From Octopus vulgaris (Eukaryota), in NCBI GenBank assembly GCA_951406725.2, contig OX597816.1, positions 154,194,001 through 154,258,000 on the forward strand: DNA of 64,000 nt. The letters are read 5' to 3'. The notes under the pieces were generated by a model, which had not been told where the DNA came from, did no database searches, and was given only the letters and a program-made list of their open reading frames with translations. Positions 57,351 to 64,000 of this stretch are shown one piece after another. Position numbers and translations under genes: made by a program. The first letter of the stretch is position 1; the number at the start of each line of letters is the position of its first letter.

Positions 57351-57815
57351 ATGAGTTAATGGCGAAACACATTAGAGTAACTGGAAACATTATCATTAAA
57401 ATAAAAATTATCCCCACAAAAGCCATCTCTACTCATTTTTTCAAATGGAAATTGCAGCTGTGATCCCAGTGCCGTGAGCACGTAAGAGACCCATCCGAAC
57501 GTGGCCGTTGCCAGCGCCGCTCCGACTGGCCTCCGTGCCAGTGGCACGTAAATAGCACCATCCGATTGTGGCCGTTTGCCAGCCTCGTCTGGCACCTGTG
57601 TCGGTGGCACGCAAAAAGCACCCACTACACTCACGGAGTGGTTGGCGTTAGGAAGGGCATCCAGCCGTAGAAACGTTGCCAGATCAGACTGGGCCTGATG
57701 CAGCCTTCTGGCTTCCCAGACCCCAGTTGAACCGTCCAACCCATGCTAGCATGGAAAGTAGACGCTAAATGATGATGATGATGATGTACCAAGAACCTTT
57801 TTTTTATTCTTCTAC

Positions 57816-57854
<39 letters not shown>

Positions 57855-58560
57855 TCTTTCTCTCTCTCACAAGACAATGATAAAAAGGAAATACAAACAA
57901 TTTATTGAAAAGTGACATTTTGCCTCCCTTGGAGTAAACAGTTGGATTTACAATCACTGTAAGCCAAGAATTATTATTGACAAACCTACCAACTGCAAAG
58001 ATATTCTCTTGATACATCCTATTTTACAGCAATTTTCTATGCAACCTTCAAATCTCATTTAGTTTAGTTGTTTTTGCTTGGTAATTTTGTTTTCACTTAA
58101 CACTATTATCATATTTATTCTCCTTGAGAATTAATGCTGAAACCTGTTTTGTCAGTTGAGAAATCATTAAATATTCCATTGACACAACCCAATAAGATGT
58201 ATTAATGAAACAGCAAACACAAATAAAGAAAAAGAAAAATATAAATTATGTTCATATAAGCTGTTATTTATTCAAGTTATATTTATTGTGAATGAATACA
58301 ATACAAAGCAGAAAACCTCCGATCTTTACAAAGATTCTTGTCAATGTATTTTTTGTCACACATTCTGGAATAATTTGGTATAGGGTTACTTTGTCACACC
58401 TATCTAGCTGAAATATATTTGTGTAAAGATAACAAAAACAGGAACGGTCCAATAATATAAATGTAAAGGGGCTAGAAACAAATAAAAGGCAACTTTTTTT
58501 TAAACTATGCTGGGTATACCTTTGTGCATGTATGTGTTTTGGTGCATGTGTGTATATGCC

Positions 58561-58601
<41 letters not shown>

Positions 58602-59212
58602 GGTTGAGGAATAATAATCCTCTTTGAACAATAAATAAATAATGAGAAACAGTAAAGTAGATTACGAGAAAGAAGACACAGAAGTCATAGCAAGTTGGTG
58701 ACCAAAAGTTTGCTTACTGATGGAATGAATTTTTCCCCAAAGTTTTTCAGTGTCATCAAGAATATTTGGAGTAATGTGAGTGAATAAAGAGGTTAGTATG
58801 GGATCTATCTACAAGGACAATAGGGTATACCAGTGCAAGTACAAAGGTGTAGAAAAAAGCCGACACAAAACTAAGTCAATGATTAACCTGAAAGCAGTTG
58901 AACCTCAATGCTGAACTACATACAAGTTGGAAATTATAGAAAAATGAAGGTTTAGTGAAGAGGCACAAACAAATTCAATGTAAAATACAGATAATTAAAA
59001 GTAGATATTTCTGATAAATACATTATATATGAAACCATATAATTACACACACATATATAACTACAGTTGTGAAACATATAACTCATGAAAGTTTGAGTTT
59101 CAGATAAATGGATAAGTTGGTTTATTTGTATGCCAAGTTTATAATTTTAGATACAAAGTGTTCAATATATACCTACAGCATGTATAAATACATGCAAACA
59201 TACTCACATATT

Positions 59213-59247
<35 letters not shown>

Positions 59248-59439
59248 TATATGTAGCCTTGCATGGTTCCAGCAACCTCAAACCTTCACCTGGTTAGTTG
59301 GTTGGCTGGTTGGTTGGTTGGTTGATTGGTTGGTTAGTTGGTTGGTTGGTTGGTTGGTTGGTTGGTTGGTTGGTTGGCTGGTTGGTAGGTAGGTATGTAT
59401 ACATATTATTCTTAAACAAGAGTAGTTGCTAGAAAAAGA

Positions 59440-59940
59440 GGAGACTGAGCAAAGTTCAGAGAACGTCTATCTTTGTTGGTAACTAAGGGCCTCTCCCTCA
59501 GAGTGAAAGGCAGATTGTATGATGCCTGTGTACGTACAGCTATGCTACACGGCAGTGAAACATGGGGTTTGACTATAGAGGACTTGCAAAGGCTTGAAAG
59601 AAATTAAGCTAGTATGCTCTGCTGGATAGGTAACATCAGTGTGCATACACAGCAGAGTGTAAATGGTTTAAGAAGAAAACTGGGTATGAGAGGCATCAGA
59701 TGTTGTGTGCAAGAGAGAAGACTGCACTGGTTGGTCATGTGATGCATACAGATGAGGACAGCAGCATAAAGAAGTGCTGAGCTCTAATTGTGGAGGGAAC
59801 CTGTGGAAGGAGTAGACCTAGGAGGAAGACATGGGAGGAAGTGGTGAGAAAGGATCTTTGGATGCTGGGCCACATTGAGGAAATGACAAGGGACTGAGAG
59901 TTGTGTCAGTTTGCTGTACTTGAGAAGTGCTTGAAGCCAA
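59440..59940 (+). mobile_element. RTE LINE C-terminal fragment
   Basis: KFRE..LLVTKGLSLRVKGRLYDACVRTAMLHGSETW...RLERN.ASMLCW...RPRRKTWEEVVRKDL. Confidence 0.85.
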
Positions 59941-60215
59941 GTAAAAGTGCAGTCACCCATACATACATGCTTGTCCTTTCCAGATGCCAGTGCAACGTAA
60001 AATGCACTTGTGCTGGTGCTGCATAAATGCACCCATGCCGGTAGCACATAATAAGCACCCAGCATACTCTGTAAAGTGGTTGACATTAGGAAGGGTACCC
60101 AGCAGTAGAAACAATGTCATAACAGACAACTGGAGCCTGGACAGCTTACCGAGTAGCCAGCTCCTGTCAAACCATCCAACTCATGCCAACATGGAAAACA
60201 GATGCTAAATGATGA

Positions 60216-60260
<45 letters not shown>

Positions 60261-60486
60261 CACATATATGTTGGGCTAGAGGTATAACTACATTTGCTAA
60301 TTACATATAACATGTTTAAATATTTGGCAGGACTGACACATCCTATTGATATTCTTTATAAATCATTTGATACATTTTTACTATCTTTTTATGAATAAAA
60401 ATAGGAATATCAGTTGTTTATCTTAATAGCTGAAATACTTTAAATATCAACCCATTCACAACTGCTTATACTAAAGTGTTCAGATA

Positions 60487-60517
<31 letters not shown>

Positions 60518-60720
60518 CTCAATCAAAATCTCATATGTGAATGAACATTATGAGATTTCATGTTTTCAACACATGTATAATACACCAATAAACATACATA
60601 CACACAAACATACAGGCATGTATTACATTAAACTCCTCCAAATTGTTGGAGATATTGAAAAATTAACTGGAAAAAATTCGCAGACTTTTTCATTAAAAAT
60701 GTAGTCACAAAAAAATTACT

Positions 60721-61200
60721 CTTTTACTCTTTTATTTGTTTCAGTCATTTGACAGTGGTCATGCTGGAGCACCGCCTTTAGTCGAGCAAATTGACCTCAG
60801 AACTTATTCTTTGTAAGCCTAGTACTTATTCTATTGGTCTCTTTTGCCGAACTGCTAAGTTATGGAGACGTAACACACCAGCATCGGTTGTCAAGTGATG
60901 TTGGGGGGACAAACACAGACACACAAACGTATACACACACATATATATATGTATATATACATATATATATACAACGGGCTTCTTTCAGTTTCCGTCTACC
61001 AAATCCACTCACAAGGCTATGGTTGGCCCAAGGCTATAGTAGAAGACACTTGCCCAAGGTGTCACGCAGTGGGACTGAACCTGGAACCATGTGGTTGGTA
61101 AGCAAGCTACTTACCACACAGCCACTCCCACGCAGCCACTTCTACTCCTATACCACACAGCCATTCCTACGCCTATACTACAAAGCCACTCCTACACCTA
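60721..61200 (-). mobile_element. tRNA-derived SINE (family 2), full length, with tandemly reiterated 5' end
   Basis: Reverse complement of the 2435-2743 type. The cagccactcc unit is repeated about four times at 61111-61200. Confidence 0.8.
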
Positions 61201-61888
61201 TATATATGTATCGTATGCATATATTTATAGCAAGTATATATATCATTATCATATTTATATTTCTTTTTACTAACTATCATTAAGTTTCAGATAAGCAGAT
61301 ATACATGTCTGGCAAAATGCTTAAGCTGTTTAGGAGTTTGCTTTGCAACAATGAGATCTCAGCTTTGATCCTACTGTGTGGCCTTTTGGGCAAATGTCAT
61401 TTCACATAGGTCAATCTGCAGTCATAAATTGTGTCGATGGAAACTCAATAGAAGTGTGTCAGGTGAATTGTACCCACATTTCTAAAGGTATATCCTTGTC
61501 ACACTGATTTCACTTGAGATTACACGTGTCAGTGGAATACTTAGCCACTTATGCATTAATTGAGGAGCAGGTAATTCAGTGGAGATCAAACAACTGAAAC
61601 TTCACTGTTGAATGATGGACATACATCATACACACACACACATATATATATATGTAGCTAAGTTTATGTCATAAAGTGACCAATGATTTTGCATCCACAA
61701 AGGCCTTAGCCTCGTGGACGTCTTGTCAGACTCTAAACCCAAAGACAAATGTAACTGTGTTTACTAGCAATGATAGGAGTTTAACATAATTAACATTAGG
61801 ATTGAAACCTGAATGGTTTAATTGTAGGGCATCAAGTACATCCAACCATACTTATATATCTATATAAATTTTAAATAATGTCTGTTAT

Positions 61889-62214
61889 ACAATTGCAGCA
61901 TGGAAGGTGTTTGTAAGCCATTCAAGAAACACACAAAAGCCGTTCAATTCACTTCAACATTTAAGTTTAATTTGTCAAAATATTTTCGTTGCTTTAAGAC
62001 CGCAACCTGTTCACTGACAAAAATGCAGCATGGATTTTTGTCAGTGAACATGTTGTGGTCTTAAAGCGACAAAAATATTTTGACAAATTAAACTTAAATG
62101 TTGAAGTGAAACGAACGGCTTTTGTGTGTTTCTTGAATGGCTTCCATGCTGCAATTGTTTTCGTTTCAGCACATGATCTCAGATCAAATCACTTGCTATG
62201 CAAGTACATCTCTG
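61889..62214. mobile_element. Palindromic PLE-like insertion with 13-bp TSD
   Basis: Inverted arms 61890-62024 and 62034-62157 plus a unique 57-nt tail. TSD taatgtctgttat at 61876-61888 and 62215-62227. Confidence 0.85.
61971..62021 (-). ncRNA. Hammerhead ribozyme-like motif with G3:C8 swapped core
   Basis: Minus strand reads TTTGTCA-GTGAACA-G-GTTGC(ggtcttaaa)GCAAC-GAAAATAT-TT-TGACAAA. A decayed mirror copy is at 62037-62087 (+). Confidence 0.7.
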
Positions 62215-62779
62215 TAATGTCTGTTATGAAATACTGATATCTTATTTGGACACAAGACCACAAAGTTATAGGGAAGTGGGGTGACATTTGATGACATTCA
62301 AGTCTTTCTCAACATAACATGAAGTAGATTTGCTTCAGTTGCTAATAAAAACTGGTTGGCAGACACAATTCTATGTGATGGGTGGGGGATTACTTTTATT
62401 CTACCTCACATAATCATATGTTTTTAACTTTTGTGTTTTTTCACTTTATTATGGGTTAAATAGAATTGTTTCCTTGATTCATTTTATCTCATTCTACCAT
62501 TGATCAATTGTTATATCAATCTCACCTTTCTTTAAGTTAATAATTACAAAAAAAAATTTTAAATAGCTTCTACTTCAAACAAAATAATGGTATCAACATA
62601 TAGTATAATGTTTTTGCACATAATGACAAAGTTATAAGATGATTAAGTACATTTTCTTCATTTCCATAATCTGTGTGAGGTTAAGAATGTCTGATAAATT
62701 AAAGATGAGCAAATAAATTTATAGACAAAAAATAGCTACTGATAAGTGAGAGGAGATCATGGTAACAGATCATATCCCA

Positions 62780-62990
62780 GAAGGCAGTCAGCAATGGCAT
62801 CACAAAGGGAAAGCAGCTTGAAAGGTTTATGTTGAGCAAGTTGAAGGGCATGTGGTATGGAGTCTGTGATCCAGAAGTTATCAAAGATATCACTGTCAAC
62901 AAAATTCTTCCAAGAATCTTTAGGAAAAACAGCATGAGTTACATAAGCACTGATAGAAATAGCACCATGTTGAAGCAAAATCTGAAAATA
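62780..62990 (+). mobile_element. Possible piggyBac transposase remnant
   Basis: Fragmentary GMESVIQKL / KDITVNK / KNSMSYISTDRN resembling the G.SVV..L...IT.DNFF...GT.R.N region. Weak. Confidence 0.3.
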
Positions 62991-63680
62991 TATAACAAAA
63001 GAAATTGAAGAAAACAAAACCAGTAATCTTTTAGAATTATCTGAAAGCATGTGAGGTTATACTGTATAGAAAAAGAGCAACAGTTTTTACTTTCATTCTT
63101 CTATATTCTGTGTTCAAATTGTCTACATACGGTGGAATTAGACTTTACTTTTCCCCTCTCTTTGGGCCTGCTAAAAGAAGTACTTGTAATATATTACAGT
63201 CGATTAAATGGACAATGTCTCTTTCTTTTAAATTAATTGTTATTGTATCTTATGCCAGAAAAGGCAATATCGAGTACACTTAATAAAGGGCACTAAAATG
63301 GTAAACTTTCATCACTTGTTAAGGTTATCTCTACAGATATTCTATAGAAATTATAGCCAACATTAATTTTGTCATGACATTTTGTATCCAAAATGCTTGA
63401 TGTAAACAATGAGAGCGAAGATGAAAAATGGGTAATGAGTATATATCCCATATTCCGGCAGTTTTTTCTCTTTCATCAGCACCCATTAATACAGATCATT
63501 AATAAAGGTAAACTTTCAGTAAACTAAGTTTTGTTGTACAGATTCTATTCATGATTTGTCTTCATGAAGTGCAACTATCACTAATCAACTTGCCAGAGTT
63601 CATTCTTTTGTAAGTAACTGGATTGAAACATGTATTTATACACAGTGTTTGGGTAACTCTAAAACTTTAAGACTTTAAAT

Positions 63681-63848
63681 CAGTAGTTCTCAACCATTTT
63701 TTGCCTATGGACCTCTTTGATTCCTATTTTATTTGGATGGACCCTCATAGCCATTTGATGTTTAAAAATCCTATTATACTTTTATAATTAAATATTATTA
63801 GGAACTGTATAAAAAAATTGTTAAAATATTTTGTGTATTATAAAAGTA
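63681..63848 (+). mobile_element. hAT-Charlie-like MITE end, interrupted by a Helitron
   Basis: cagtagttctcaacc terminus. Confidence 0.45.
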
Positions 63849-64000
63849 CTAGCAGCATAGCCCGGCGTTGCCCGGGTATGTAAGAGGCCCTAGTAGGCAA
63901 CGACTAATCCCAATGTAGTCCTTTCCCTCCAGGGAACGAAGGTGCATGTGGACGTTGCAATGTCTTGTCTTCACTCGAATACTTCTGTATATACGATGTT
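63849..64000 (-). mobile_element. Helitron 3' end (runs off window)
   Basis: Hairpin cccggcgttgcccggg at 63861-63876, then CTAG|T on the minus strand. Confidence 0.7.

Overview
AT-rich, microsatellite-dense eukaryotic DNA. The repeat landscape looks like an octopus or other coleoid cephalopod genome; this is an inference from the repeat families. The only host gene I can support is a + strand SLC35A-family (senju-like) nucleotide-sugar transporter. Three of its exons (5325-5371, 12610-12749, 14269-14976) splice in frame, and I did not find its 5' exons, which probably lie upstream of the window. The rest is transposon-derived: a 5'-truncated but uninterrupted Penelope-like element (RT plus GIY-YIG) set in long (TA)n tracts, RTE and CR1-group LINE remnants, several tRNA-derived SINE families, Tc1/mariner (DD34E, DD37D), Chapaev3-like, hAT and piggyBac remnants, and non-autonomous Helitrons. 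The most notable signal is nine hammerhead-ribozyme-like motifs from about six short element families. They include a motif with a compensatory G3:C8 core swap inside a TSD-flanked palindromic insertion, a family with an A6U core, a tRNA-headed SINE carrying a hammerhead in its tail, and a canonical-core motif in sense orientation inside the transporter intron. Most long ORFs in the supplied track are microsatellite artefacts.
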